Positions 1-13,892 are shown, numbered from the whole stretch's first letter. The stretch is 63,496 nucleotides of DNA, filler included, from Licmophora abbreviata (GCA_900291995.1; 12 parts of 12 records of this genome joined end to end with filler, not necessarily neighbours in it); one strand, 5' to 3'. Numbers and translations: made by a program. The notes: generated by a model not told the origin, from the sequence alone.

Positions 1-60
1 GCGCCACTCTCATACCGAACCAAATATTGGCGTGCCATTGAGGGCCCTCATTTTCTTTGT

Positions 61-1034
61 TTGGGCTTAGCTGAAATGGAACTGTGGAGACTCTGGGATG
101 AGCTAGGTGTATCTTTTCCTCCACTTTCAACGGACCACCTCAAAACTCTGCTGAAGGAAGACGGTGTATTTTCACAGGCGGAAGCGATCGGTCTTGCGAA
201 TCGATGCTATGTAAAATGCATTGTGGTAAGCTGTCGCGTGGTCAGCCTCCGTTGCGCTCGTCCACTGCTTTCAACAAAATATGCTTAACTTCTCTTAACT
301 GCTCACTTTTGCTGCTTGCTACACAGGTTCGCAAAATGATGAGCTCTTCCGGCGAGGACGGCAGCCCGAAAGCGAATCCGTTGTTCGCGGGCGAGAGCGG
401 TGGCGTCATAAAAAACGCTGCGGAACGCGAACTCGTAGAGCGCGTTCACTTCTATGTAAGACTGAGCGGGAAAGATGATCCTGACGCGATCGGGGATGTG
501 TACAAAATGTTTGGTATCGCTTCCAATGAGAAGGCAAAGAAGACTCGCCTTGCCGGGTGCATTTGTAAGTTGTCGTCTTGAGTCGCTATCGACTTGTTTT
601 GAGGACCTCACCACTCATGCCAAGCGCTTTTCCCCCCTGCAGGGCTTGGAGAGAACCTCAACGCCAAGAGGTCCGCCGCTGTCACAATGCTGCTGTTCCC
701 TGAGCTCAAGTACTCGGCCGACATAAACTCCGCACCCGCTTCAAGAAAAGCAATCAAGAAATTTCAAGCGAGGAGTAGTATGTTGTCGCCTTTGGATGCA
801 TCGATGCATGTTGAGGCGAAGCTTGATAAGAAAGTAAAAGCGGACATGAAGGACCTTGCGATGGCTTTTGTGAAGGGAGTGAATGTGGCGCCTAAGACAG
901 GCGTCCATAGGAGGGAGATAGCGGAGATCTTCGAGCGTCAGAAGAACGCCGCTATAGCAGCTCGACAAACTGACTGGCCAACCTGCCGACGCGACATCAT
1001 TTTTCATTTCCTGCACCCAGGTCTGAACGAGTAA
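61..1034 (+). CDS. Hypothetical multi-exon protein (5' end uncertain, may start before the window)
   Basis: GT-AG introns at about 226-326 and 565-642 join ORFs 61..288, 204..581 and 687..1034 in frame (…RLAGCI/WLGENLNAK…MLLFPE). No recognisable family. Confidence 0.5.
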
Positions 1035-1165
1035 GCTAGAGAGTATCACTCAAGTCTACTAAGGTATACAAGTAGTAGCACTTTCGTTTTCTTCTTTAAC
1101 CTTGGCTTGGAGCTCTAACACTGTTCACGCCATCGAATAGCAGTCGGGAACGAAAGCCAATGCTC

Positions 1166-2208
1166 TCAAACATCCACATTCCAGTCGATCGGCTCCATCC
1201 CGAGTTCTCTTAGTGCTTCGTTGGCGCGACTAAAACATCTGCTACCCAGAAAGGGGGCATTTGTTTTTCGGGCACCAAGGGGGGACGGATGAGAGGTACA
1301 GATAATCTTGTGTTTGGTAGCTCCGCTCCTTGGTAGAATGGCCTGCGTCTTGGCTTGAGCCGGCCTTCCCCACAAGAGAAAAACAATCCCCCTCCCGTTC
1401 GAACGGCATTCTCGATCGAGTGCACGAATAACTTCATTGGTAAAATCCTCCCAGCCCCGCTTCTCGTGACTTTTGGGAGTTCCTCGACGCACAGTCAAAA
1501 CAGCGTTGAGCATCAGCACACCCTGCTTGGCCCATCGTTCCAGATAGCCGTGAGCTGGATTCGCACCATCGTTGGCCGGAAAATCAACATTCGGGTCTTC
1601 CTTCAACTCCTTGTATATGTTCTTCAAAGACATGGGGACCGGTACACCCTTGCGCACCGAAAAGGAAAGCCCGTGCGCTTGATTCGGTCCGTGATAAGGG
1701 TCCTGTCCAACAATGACAACCCTGACGCTTTCAAGCGGAGTCAAGTTTAATGCCGAGAATGTATCGCATGCCGGCGGATATATCGTCTGAGATTTTCTGA
1801 AAGAGCAAACGTAGTCATGAGGATATCAGTCGCCTAAGGCAGCGACCCAAGTCAGAGCACCCTAGGGAAGATCATCATTGTACCGAGAGTGTCGTACCTT
1901 TCAGTAGCCACGTACTTGGCAAGTCTATCAAATGAAGTCGACGACAAATGGCGAGAAAGAGCCTTTCGCCACGATTCTTTGGACGATTCGAAGCTGTCAA
2001 GATGCGAAAGGAGCTCCGACACTGCAGACGAGGACTTATGATGTGAACTTGGTACGATAGTCGGCGCCTGTGTAGACGTCGACATCCTGAGTTTCTTGTT
2101 GGAGCCAGTTTCTTCCTTGCTTTCGTCTTGCTGCTCCCTTTTTAACTTCGACTCTTCCTCGTCGTCCTCAGATGACTTGCTTTTGCGTGCAAAGAAAGAG
2201 GTGATCAT
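1166..2208 (-). CDS. UNG: Uracil-DNA glycosylase (family 1), 2 exons
   Basis: Motifs GQDPYH, HGLSFSV, GVLMLN and HPSPL. Intron 1797-1897 restores …ATER/KSQTIYPP…. N-terminal MITSFF resembles a PIP box. Confidence 0.95.
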
Positions 2209-2486
2209 CGTCGAGCGTCGTAAGGTCAACACAGGCGTCGCAATGTGAAGATGAGAGATGCGACGAGATTGCGATCTTTTCGATTTTTGGTCGGTCGATG
2301 CCCAGACTGCTCAGAATTGCCGCTGGTGAGAAGGGAGAAGCCAGAAGTAGCCTCTTGTAAATACCACCTGGTGCTTTCGACCCTACTCAGCCATGGTATC
2401 TTCAGACCAGCTCCTAGGCTAGAACTAGAGGATCTGACTCTTGGAAAATCTGAGTGTCTATACATGCTAACAAACCATCGTCTAGC

Positions 2487-3307
2487 CTACATCATGGGAG
2501 TGAAGAACATTGGCGTCTCCTGAATGACCGGAGAGTTGTAGAGAGCCTCTTGAACCACAAAACCTAGAATGGCCATCATTGCAAGACGTCCATGCTTGAG
2601 CTCTTTCGTCTGCATTTCCAATTGACCCTTCTTGTCCGCCGGAAAGAAGCCGAGAGGGTCGAAACCAACATCGCCCGGTGTGTAGTCTTTTCCTTTCTCT
2701 TCCTTCATCTTTTGATTCTCGAGTTCGATGAAACCAGCAAGGGCGACAATAGCAACCCAGTATTCAATATCAATCTTGTCCAGTCCCCCGTTCAATACAG
2801 ACGGAGAAGCACCCGTCTTGGTGAGTAGTGAAGGGAGATTGAGAAGGTCGGCGATCGGCTTGTCGAACAGCTCGGCGATTGGCCAACCGACAACCGCGAG
2901 CATCGCAAGACGGCAGTGCTTGATCTCGGCTTCACGCATGTTCATCAAACTGGGCATATCGCCGCCTCCAAAACCAAATGGACTGTTTCATGGAGTGGGC
3001 AAAGAGGATGTGAGCGTGTCGTCGTTATACACTGAAATGACATATGACCGAAAGAGCAAAGCAGGCAGCATGCATCGCTGTGATTCTGCACTTACTCGAA
3101 CCCAACGTCACCAGCGAGGCTTCCGTCCAAGATCTTGGGGCGCTCCGCGAAGGGGAGCGCCTTGGACATTTCCTTCTTTCCGTCGCTTGGCTCTCCGAAG
3201 AAGTCATCTGACATGGACAGAGTCGTCTTCTTGACTAAGTTCTTGGAGGGGGCAAAGGCAGAGGCGCCGATGACAAGAGAGCTGAGGACTGCGGCAGTGA
3301 ACTTCAT
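2487..3307 (-). CDS. Lhcz: Light-harvesting complex protein, Lhcz-like, plastid-targeted, 2 exons
   Basis: MKFTAAVLSSLVIGASAFAP bipartite signal. LHC motifs GDVGFDP, EAEIKHCRLAML and ELKHGRLAMMA. The PSVLNGGL loop is typical of Lhcz. Intron 2983-3095. Confidence 0.9.
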
Positions 3308-3587
3308 GTTAGACGACAGTGGTGTTATTGCAGAGGGTATTGGCGTTATGAGAGTCATATGGCAGCGAGCATCGTAGACGTTGGCGCTGACGAGTCTCGT
3401 GGTGCTACTGCGGTGTCGTGGTGATGATGGCACGTCCAATTTGTGGCGCGCTGAGTCAGTCAAATGACGCGAGTCACGAGTGAGGTCATCGATCGAATCG
3501 CGACTTGGTTTGCCAGGAATCGATTGTACGAGTACTATATGCCTCCGTTCATCTATGGGGACGCAGTGCGCTTTAGGCAGGAGCATC

Positions 3588-3687
3588 NNNNNNNNNNNNN
3601 NNNNNNNNNNNNNNNNNNNNNNNNNNNNNNNTTAATTAATTAANNNNNNNNNNNNNNNNNNNNNNNNNNNNNNNNNNNNNNNNNNNN
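3588..3687. other. Artificial scaffold linker (44 N + TTAATTAATTAA + 44 N). Same linker at 5964-6063, 10543-10642, 19281-19380, 28978-29077, 34942-35041, 41556-41655, 45664-45763, 51311-51410, 55068-55167 and 62146-62245
   Basis: Identical 100-nt spacer with a six-frame stop core, seen 11 times. Confidence 0.99.
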
Positions 3688-4017
3688 CAAGCCATTGAAA
3701 GAATTCGGTCCGCCTGTGACGAAGCGGGGGTCTCCATGGTGGAGGCGACGTATCGTTGGCTGTTGCGACATTCAGCCTTGCGTGAAAAGGACGGTGTCCT
3801 GCTGGGTGCCAGCTCGATTGCGCAACTGCAACAGAATCTCGCGGGCTGTGCTGCTGCTTCAGGCAGTCCACTGCCAGAGTCAGTATTGACTGCATTCGAA
3901 GATGCATGGAAAGTAACAGTGGATGGCGCCTTTCCGTACTGGCGATCGTACTCGTCCGACATGCCAAACAAGGATGTTTTGGATCAGGGGGCATCCTACG
4001 AAGCTAAGAAGAAGTAG
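3688..4017 (+). CDS. Aldo/keto reductase (AKR7/aflatoxin aldehyde reductase-like), C-terminal fragment; 5' part lost in gap
   Basis: EATYRWLLRHSAL…DGVLLGASSIAQLQQNL…PLPESVLTAFEDAW matches the AKR7 C-terminus. Confidence 0.75.
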   Translation, partial: QAIERIRSACDEAGVSMVEATYRWLLRHSALREKDGVLLGASSIAQLQQNLAGCAAASGSPLPESVLTAFEDAWKVTVDGAFPYWRSYSSDMPNKDVLDQGASYEAKKK

Positions 4018-4064
4018 TATGACAGTTCGGTAAAGTGTGTATCCCTAGTTATTTAAAAGTGCAC

Positions 4065-6741
4065 CTAATCGGAAACTGTAGCCGACAGCTTTGGGGAGAT
4101 CCAACCAGCTCTTACCATGAACTCGACGACATCACCCTTCTTTTTCGAGTCAATCTTAACCATCGCTCGTCGGTTCGAACCGGCGCCTTCATTGTCAAGC
4201 AACCCTTGCTTCAGCGATTCGTGAATGATCGCAGCCTTGACGTCCAGATACTGATTCGGGAGCAGGTGGAGCTTGCGACACAACACAGCTTCCTTGTTCG
4301 ACAACAGCTGGAAGCCAGGAGCGCCCGTGATATCGAAGCCGTCCTCGTCACCGCCAATCGCAGTTTGCGACGTCGCCACTCCGGCTCCAACTGGTGAAAC
4401 CTTGACGCTTTCAGCTACACGAGCGCTGTCGATATGCTCGACGGACGCTATCTTGCTCTCATTGTTGGCCGTGACTTCGCCACCCGAGAGATCGGCACTG
4501 ATTTTCATTGGCGAACCGTCACCACTCACGGCAGCATCGTGCATGTCGACGTCTAATCGACCACCGCTTCGACGAGCCGACCTGTCGTTCGACTTGTACT
4601 GTTTCCAAAGCGCAGAAGATTCCGTCTCCGTTGCTTCTACCGCATCTTGGTCGGCCCTTTCGATACTCCCCTGGTCCTTCTGAAGTTGAGCCAGCTTGAG
4701 ACGTTCTCGACGATTCTTGTCAAGCTCAAATCTTTCGGCTTCGTCGAGGGAGGTGATGCCCATTCGACGATACATCTGAAGCTTTGCTATTTCCTTTCGT
4801 AGTTTCTTTGCCTTCAAAATATCAGAAACAAACTGTTCGTGCTCTTCCGGCGTATGAAGACGCTCGAACAGCCTCAAGCGACGCACCAAGTCTCGCTCAT
4901 CCCGTGGCATCTTCAGATCTGCCTGTTGGTTCTCGCGATAATTCAAGAGATTGCGATTCAACAAGAAATTCTTGCGACGCTCGCGTTCGTCAAGCTTGGT
5001 ATTGTAGATCTCGATAATCTGAATCTTCAGCAGCCGATCTTGGGGGAGATCGCTGCTGGCGAACTCCATGTCCGCAAGAATTTCTTCCGCCGCGTTTTCC
5101 CACTCCAGATCCATATCGCCGCGTCGAGGCATGTACCCCGCAAGTTCTGAGCCAGCTAGGGCGGGAAGATCTTCCGGGCGAGGTGGAAGAACGGTTGGTC
5201 CGCCCGGTTTGTTTAGCCGCGTTTCTTTCCATTCCTGGTGTATCTGTTTGACCTCTTCCGCTGTGGACGCTTGGGTGATTGCCTTTACGAACGCCTGTTC
5301 CGCTCGTGCGCTTTGTTCGCGTCCTACGTCTTGACCCGCCTGGATGCCGGGGACAGGCGGCAGGTATGGCTCTGACCAGGCATTCGCATACCCAGGAAGC
5401 GACGTGGTGGGCACGACCTTTGCCTTCTTCCGATTGCGTCCACCACTCGAACTCAATGAGACTGAACTAGTACCGCGCAGCAAATTCCTCTCGGAGACAG
5501 GGCGCTTGTTGGCTAGAGACGCTTCCTCGGCTCCTTCGACAGTTGCATCTGCGGCCTCCATCGTCTCTTCGTCGTCTTCAGCAATTGTGTACGCAGGGAT
5601 AATATGTCCGTATCGCCCTAGAAAGTCGTCAATATAACGGTCCATACACCGCTTGGCAGTCTTTCCTACACTTCCAGGTCCACTGACTGACTCAGCAATC
5701 TCAGTCCAGTTGCCGAGACCGTGGGTCTTGATGGCCTCAAGCAAACGCAGATCTTCCTCTGCCGTCCAAACAGACTTCGGGTCGTTCTGAATGACTAGCA
5801 CACTTTCTGTATCGGTTTCAATATTGTCTTCATCGGTCGCAGCTTTGACTTCGGTCTTTTCTTCGTTCTGGCTGTCGACGTCCTTCGGGACAACGGTATC
5901 CGACTCTTGGCTCTTGCTCTCGCCCGGAGTTACGTCGTTCGAATTGTCGGCGGCGGAATACTTNNNNNNNNNNNNNNNNNNNNNNNNNNNNNNNNNNNNN
6001 NNNNNNNTTAATTAATTAANNNNNNNNNNNNNNNNNNNNNNNNNNNNNNNNNNNNNNNNNNNNAACGGTATCCGACTCTTGGCTCTTGCTCTCGCCCGGA
6101 GTTATGTCGTTCGAATTGTCGGCGGCGGAATACTTAGTATCTACCTTTCCCATCTCGGTATCCTCAGGCCCCGACCTGGAATCGACACTGCTCGGCGGCC
6201 TCGAGGGTACAACTCCTCGCGACGACGGGAACAAAGGATATCTGGTGCTGTCGGCCACGCGATAGCCGTGAGTGTCGTCGTGATTGGCGGCAGCGGCGGA
6301 AATTCCAGAGCCATGAATGGATCCATCTTGTCCAACGATAGCATCATGAGCCACTGCGGCAGCCTTGAGACGAGCAATGGCGGCGGAATGATCCGTGGAG
6401 GCGAAGCAATCCAGGCACAAGTCAAAGTCGGGACAGACGGCGCAGCGAATACGTGGTTCCATGGAAATGTTCGCATGACAGTAATCGCAGTGATACACGT
6501 CGCGCCTCTTATCACTCGTCAGAACCATTCGCGGCCCTTCTCCTTGGGGACTCTCCAAGAGAGCAGGAGCCGTGGACTGTTCCGGCTTGTCCGTGCTGCT
6601 CGTATTCGTAGCATCGGCGGCAGCGGCCGGCTCTTCCAAGCTTGTAGATGCAGCTGACGTTTGTGGACCTACTTCCGGCTGTGACGGCAATGGGGCATTG
6701 CCTCTAGCGCTACTCTTTCCTTTTCGGCGTTTCGTTGGCAT
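4065..6741 (-). CDS. ADA2: Transcriptional adaptor ADA2 (ZZ zinc finger, SANT, ADA2 box, SWIRM), split by gap 5964-6063
   Basis: CDYC…RIRCAVCPDFDLCLDCF (ZZ), WTAEEDLRLLEAIKTHGLGNW (SANT), GYMPRRGDMDLEWEN and a C-terminal SWIRM. Collapsing the 72-bp overlap around the gap gives one ORF. Confidence 0.93.
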
Positions 6742-7041
6742 GGTTCAATTTCAATCAAAGCTCAGCACAGCGTCGAAAATGACGGCAGGGCAGCAAAATC
6801 ATAAATCATGCCATCTTTAGCATCATCGCGTCTTGGAGGACTTCATGGCCGCGAAGAGTCAGTCGAGTGAGTCGCAGACACAAAAGTTATCCCAGCGCTG
6901 AATCTTGAGGAGTAATGGTTACCAAAGTGTAGTCAACAACCGAGGCACCACTTACGACGCAGTCTAGTTTCATACGCCTACATGTTAACCATCTCGACTG
7001 TTGCTCATGACTACCGTATACTTCCGTGCAGCAAAACTCGT

Positions 7042-10000
7042 CTATCCCTCGTTCGCGTCCTCGCTGTCATACGACGGCAAATCAAACAACATGGCAACAT
7101 CGAGATCCTTTGGGGGACTTGGTGGCTTCCGGCGGCGACGTGCTTTCGGTTCGCGGCGAGCTGTCGGTTTCAAAGATAGCGGCTCAGCACTACTGTCGGC
7201 ATTCGGATCGGTAAAGGGTGTACAAGCAGCATCCCTACCGTCTACGTTCGCGCTGCCACCGTTCGACTTATCACAACTCGACCGTGACGCGCTGGCGTCA
7301 GCAGCAGGCCTATTAGTTGTCTCTTTCGGGAAGTCCGAGGTATGACTCTTATATCTCACCCCTTCATATGGCGCTGGCTTGACTCGATCTCGGTTCGCAA
7401 AAGCAGGAGCTGACGCAACGAGTATCACTGGCTCGTCGACTGGCACTTCCTTACCAGTGGCTCGAGCGTTGTTGAGGCCTCCACCACTATCAGCGGCAGA
7501 ATCATCGACAAAGGCTGGCTTTGCATTTCCTTCTTCGTCAATTGAGGCTTCCTTGAGGACTTGATGGGCAATCTGACTTTCTCCGCCCATTTCTTCCTCG
7601 AATCCGTCGTCCCCAGGCTTCAATGCTGCATCACCACGGTCTACGTTGAAGAAGGCTTGATGATCCAACACATTTCCGTTGCCAAATTCGTCTTCTTCCT
7701 TAGCTTCTTCGTCGTTCTCTTGGGCGATGCTTACAGCTTTGTCAAAGTCTGCTTGGTGGACCTGGTCTTCCAGATTCGCAAGTGAATTGGACATCTGCGC
7801 CAGCACGCCCTGCATGTCGACTGCGTGTTGTTCATTGACGCCTCCTTGCCCTTTCTTCGCCACTCCGTCGTCAGCCGCTTTCCACATATCGTCCATAAAG
7901 CTCCCGTCTTTGTATTTAAGCAAGTTGACTGTTCCGAAAAGTTCTCCACGTCTCTTGGGGTCTCCTGCCACGCCGTTGAATATCCGCGCAGACTGCCCTC
8001 CTTCCGTCGCCTTTAGCGTCTCTTGCTTCAACTGAACCTTGTATATCTGTCGGATATAGGTCAGCTCTTCGATGGTACCCTGCGAAACGAGGCGATAGAC
8101 ACGCACGTCCTTCTTTTGCCCAATTCGAAATGCGCGATCTTCGGCTTGCTCGTCATTGGAAGGGTTGTAGCTCGTGTCGAAGACTATGACGACATTGGCA
8201 GCCTTCCGGTGCGTATGGGGAAACAAAGCGAGAAAGGCAACATAAGACACAACCGAAGTAAACCGACCTCCTTTCGACCTCAGAGTCAGCGCGTACCGTT
8301 AGATTGAGTCCGAGACCGCCAGCTTTCGTTGAAATAAGAAAGAGAAAAATTCCATCGTCTCCTTGGAAGCGATTTATGAGTGCTTGGCGGTCCTTCGTAG
8401 GTACTTTGCCGTCTAAACGGAGATACGTATATCCCCTTGAACGAATAAAATTCTCAATGAGAGTAAGAGTCGCAGTCGAAGTACTGAAAACGAGTGCCCT
8501 GTCGCCAGCCGCATCAAACCGACGAAGCAGCTTCTCGAGTACCCTCATCTTGCCAGATAAAGACGAGTGATCGTTCATGATACTATCTTCTCGAACATAC
8601 GAGCCACCCGGGAGTCGCGGCAGAATATCATCTGGAATGGCTACTCTTGCAAAATCGAATTCTTTCGCTACATTTTTCCAGTCGGTCGAACCCTCCTCGC
8701 ACGACGTCGGCTCAGCGTGTGCTTGAATAAGAGCAGCATGTGAGCACACCTTCCAAAGCTTCGATAACGAAGGAAAAAGAAGGCAATCTGGGCACTTGGA
8801 GCACGCCTCATCCCCCTCGTGCTGAGCCCGCCAGATGACAGCACGAGAATCGATCCCCTGGCCGTCATCGTTTATTGGGGTCTGGTAGCAGCACTGCTTC
8901 CTCTTTACGATTTCGTCTTCGTGTCTGTGAAGAAACTCTATTCGTTCTCGGTTGTTTCGAAGCTTTTTATACGCAGCAAAGATCGCTCGGTTCACTCCAC
9001 AATCACATGGAGCATACATAAAACGGAGAAGGGCATATTCAGGAAGATTGATAATGTGTTGGTACAGGCGTTTTTGTATTGGCTCAAGAGGACAGAACAC
9101 CACTCTCTGTTCTTTCAAGGGAAGTTCGTCGCTGAGTACATCTTTCTTTTGACGTGCAAGGTACATCGAGCCCATTCTGTGGTCCAAGATGTGGGCAACG
9201 ATGTTGCTCTTCTCAATCACCTCATCCCCAGCAGTCTTCGTCCTGATGTGCATCGTCCACGAAAGCGTGAGTATGACGTTAAACGTGCGACCAAGTAAGC
9301 CACTGACCAACACCAGAACTCACCGGCCATACTTGATCGGTGCGGCGACCTCGTTGTTAAAAACGCTCCACGGCCCCAACAAATCCGGCTCGACAAGGTC
9401 GACTAGATTCCAGAGCTCCTGGTGGTTGTTCTGCATTAATGTTCCCGTCAGCCCAAGCATGGGACAGCCACTCTGTGATTTGATATGCTTCAAATTCTTG
9501 TAGAAGATGCTCTTCTCATTCTAGTAGTGAGTGGGCGAGAACGGAGGATCGTCAGCACGTCATCCAGATCTCAAAACGGGGACAAACGAGAACAGCGTAC
9601 CTTGCACTGATGATATTCATCGACAACAATGAGCTTCCAAGGTACGGAACTAATCTCCTGAAATCCTTCTTCTTGACAGAAAAGAGGATTTCCACACAAA
9701 AGGATCTCACTGGAACCCGAGCGCACGCTTTCAAGGGCAAGGGAACGACCATGAGACTGGTAGGCGCTAACCGCAAAGTATCCCCATCGTTCGAACTGCG
9801 ACTGCCACGTCGGCAAAACGCTCGCTGGAGTTATAATGAGCAACGGCGCCCATACAGTCAGCTTCAGTCCATCGGTGGCGGCCCTCGACATGGGTACGAT
9901 CGGTCTGCCTTCGAGGAGAGCTTCGCTATTGACACGATCCACTTCTTTCTTCCGCTGTGGATCAACGATCACGGCTAGTAAGGCACGGTCGACTGAGGCA

Positions 10001-11678
10001 AAAATGCAGGTTACTGCCGTTCTTACCTGGACGATGAGCCTACTCCGTCGCTTCAATTCTTTTTCATCTTCCCTCGTTCCTGTTTTCTTTAAGAGAGCTG
10101 AGAGAAGCCCTAGCACTTGTACTTACGAGGTTATGGCAAAAAGGAAAATGAGAAAATGCAGTCCTGCTCGAGCAAGCCACGCAACAGTTGACAAGAACTC
10201 ACTCGTTTTTCCAAGTCCCATGTCGTCACCCAATATCGCTCCTCTATGCTCGGTTATGCATTTATGAAGAAATCGTATTCCGTCTTGTTGGTAGTCTTTC
10301 AGGAATCTATTCATGGGTGCCGGGACTTCGTTTGTCCGCAAGTCTTCTTCGTCTTCGCCGTACTCTAGAACAAGGGGCTCCAGCGGTCGCAGCTCCTCCA
10401 GACTGTCGCCTCCCCTTTGGGGTTTCAAGCCATACTCGGGATCGTTTCCGCCATCACGGTCATCGTCTGATGATTCCACTTCGGCTACGTCCCCAAAAGA
10501 TGACTTTTGCTTATTCTTGCGATGCCGTGGCTTGATCGAATTNNNNNNNNNNNNNNNNNNNNNNNNNNNNNNNNNNNNNNNNNNNNTTAATTAATTAANN
10601 NNNNNNNNNNNNNNNNNNNNNNNNNNNNNNNNNNNNNNNNNNAATTGTCATTGCGTGCTGTCTTTGTCTTGTCGAGTGACAAGCGGGGAGTCCGCTTCCT
10701 TCGTTTCGACGACGGCAGAGCGCGCTTCCGCAGGTTGAGTTCTTCCTCGTCCGTATCAAACAAGCTATCATCATCGCCATCTTCGTCTCGTCTCGGGATT
10801 CGAGCAACGTGCTCAATACGGCCCAAATGGAGAGCTGGTGGGCTTCTCGAGACATAGTGTTCCTGGCGCTTCTGACTTGTCGCTGATCGCATACCATCGG
10901 ACCCATGCCCGTCGTTTTCTCCGGTCGCCGAGGTGGGAGAATCTTCCAGCGCTCGCTGAAGCGTCTCATTAACTCGTCGATGCTTCTCTTTCTTTCGAAC
11001 CAATCGCCTAGTGCACTTGACAAAATCGTCGTCGTCGTCGTCATGCTCGTCAGCGTCCAGTTGGTGTATCTCCTTCTTGGCGACACCAAACGATCGAGTC
11101 AACGGCGGAAGCTCATGCGCGACACCATCTTCTTGTAAATTGTCCATCATGCTAGTTTCCAAGGCAGCTTTCTTCTGTCGCTTCTGCTCGAGTCGCATCG
11201 CAATTGCTACAAAGTCGTCGTCGTCGTCGTTGTTCGCACACGCTTGGGCATGCGGTTTACGGGGCGACATGGACAAAGACACTGAAGATACAGAGGAAGC
11301 GGCGGGAGAGGGCTTCATAGAGACTCCCGCTCTGGGGGGCTTGAAAGTGCCAGGCGATTCTGGGATGCGCGGTCCCATGCTGTGCTGCTGTTGATGGATT
11401 GTATCTCTATTGCCCGGGCTACTAGGCGGCGGTCTCCGATTCTTTCTGCGTCGCTTGATCCATCTGCCTTCTTCATCGTCCCACACATTTTCTTCCACTT
11501 CCAATTTCCGCTGTGTAGGAGCTAATCCGGATAGTTCCTCGTCGTTGTTGCTACCATTCTGTCCTTGTCGCTGATTTCGCAGTTCCAGACTTCGCTTGTG
11601 TCGTTCTTCTTCTCTTCTTCGCCGTTGTTCTTCCTTGCGGCGTCGACGCAGAATTTCTAGATCACCAATCTCATCCAT
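7042..11678 (-). CDS. ERCC6L2: SNF2-family helicase, ERCC6L2/RAD26L (plant Switch2)-like, multi-exon, spans gap 10543-10642
   Basis: [52 protein letters not shown] and [11 protein letters not shown]…RQIYKVQL. Subfamily call rests on the C-terminal motif pattern. Confidence 0.85.
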
Positions 11679-12048
11679 GTCAATGGCGTGTGAGTCTATC
11701 CGTGGACTTCATGGGTCCACGCCAACAAAAACAAAGCGACCGGCGCTGTCGGTTCCTGCCTCGTCTATGCCATGGTCAAAGACGCGGTCAAGAATTTGGT
11801 TCCATCAGGGTCAAATCTCTTCGACTCCTTCGACTTCTTTTTGCACGCAGACACAGCATGACGCAGTTTGCGAACTCCATCCGGGCGCGTCACAAAGAGA
11901 AGCGAAGCCTGCAAGCCAACAATGGCAGAAGATCCAAGTCATCAATCACCCCATCACCGCGGCGAAAAGTTTGACACCCGGCGTCGAACTAGTCCTGCTG
12001 GACCCTTGTTCTTGTTATTACATCCAAATAATCCATCGGCGTCACAAC

Positions 12049-12898
12049 ATGAAAGTGCTGGTAGGAGTCAAGCGCGTGGTGGATTATGCCGTCAAAGTGC
12101 GAGTTCAAAACAACGCTGTCGATCTTTCGAATGTCAAGGTGAGAGTCGTCGTGTCGTCGTGGTGACTTGACCTGCTTACAATTTAGTGTATACTGGTATC
12201 TGACACATTGCTTTTAAAAATAGATGAGCATGAACCCGTTCTGTGAAATTGCCGTGGAAGAGGCCGTTCGCATGAAGGAAGCCAAGACGGCGGAAGAAGT
12301 CGTTGCAGTCAGTATCGGCCCAAAGCAGTGTACCGAGACGCTTCGTACAGCACTCGCCATGGGCTGCGATCGCGCCATTCACGTACAGACGGATCTTCGA
12401 ACGGATTATATGCAGCTTCAGCCATTGGCGACGGCCAAGATCTTTCAAAAGCTGGTCGAACAGGAAGCCAGTGACTTGGTCTTGTTGGGGAAACAAGGCA
12501 TTGATGGCGACTGCGGACAGACTGGTCCCATGTTGGCAGGATTGTTGGGACTTCCTCAAGTTACCTTTGCTGCCAAAATCGACAAGGATGGTGATGGACT
12601 CTTGGTGGAACGCGAGACGGACGCTGGTACGGAGACAATCAAGATCAAGTCGCTTCCGGCAGTCGTCACCTGCGATTTGCGATTGAACGAACCGCGGTAC
12701 GCGAGCCTGCCAAATATCATGAAGGCTAAAAAGAAGAAGGTCGATACGATTGTGGCAGATGACATGGGAATCGATCTGGATCCTCGCCACGATATCATTG
12801 AAGTATTTGATCCGCCTCCACGAAAGGAAGGCGTAATGGTCGAGAGTGTCGACGAACTTTTGGACAAGCTTCGCAACGAAGCGGGAGTTCTTTCCTAG
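12049..12898 (+). CDS. ETFB: Electron transfer flavoprotein beta subunit, 2 exons
   Basis: [19 protein letters not shown] / [22 protein letters not shown] and [21 protein letters not shown]. Intron 12139-12223. Confidence 0.96.
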
Positions 12899-13221
12899 AG
12901 GATTATTTATGTGGGTATACAACTCTATGTTCGATTATTAGACAAACATGAAGCATCTGAGATCATACAGTTAGCCTACGTTAGCTGCTGGGTTGAGGCG
13001 TCGTATGATACAGTTTTTCTAGGGCCGTCGCTTGCGTCATGGTCGACGAGAGTGAGTCAATGCGAATGACATTTCTCATGAATAGGTAGGTTTGTCGCCG
13101 TTCAGTCTGGCCTTCTTTGCGCCGCGCCAAGAACCTTCTCGATGGCCAAAGACGCGGCGCGGCATCGCCGTCGCTACACAATGCCACAACAGCACAGCAT
13201 CACTGTCGCAACCACTCCACC

Positions 13222-13892
13222 ATGGCTGCCATGTTTCCAAACGCCGGCGGAATGCCAGGAGGGATGCCGGAGACACCCGCTGGACCGCCCGACGACGGCA
13301 AAATGATGGATTTGTCTAGCAAAATCTCAAAGTCAGAGTGCTACGCGAGGAACGAAGACTCTCGCTTTCCAATGTCGAACCTGTTTATCGGCGATACGCG
13401 GCTGGCTTGTAAGAGTGATGCCGATGAGCAACTGATCCTTCATGTTGCTTTTCAAGAGTTTGTAAAGGTGAGCTTCAGATTTGAGACTGGGTGCGAGGGA
13501 AACAAAAGCAACAATGCTCTCTCACCCACAAGCTGCACACATTGCATCTCATGATACTGTAGGTACATTCGATCAAGTTTACGGAATTCAACTTGGGTAC
13601 TGATCCTGAACTGAACCCGAGCAAAATTCATTTATTTGTCAATCGCGAGAATCTGGGATTTGAGGATTGCGAAGATGTCGATCCAACGCAGACCCTTCAC
13701 TTGTCGGCCGCCGATCTAACTGAGAGCGCCGACCCGACCCCGCTCAAGTTTGTCAAGTTTCAACGCGTGCGCAGCATAACCATCTTTATCGAAGATAATG
13801 CCGGTGGAGATGTGACGGCGTTAGGAATGCTGAAGATCATTGGAAGACCGGTTGCGACTGTCAACATGAACGACTTCAAGAAGCAAGGATGA
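13222..13892 (+). CDS. PITH-domain protein, 2 exons
   Basis: KSDADEQLILHVAF…VKVHSIKF…LKFVKFQRVRSITIFIEDN. Intron 13468-13562. Confidence 0.88.
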
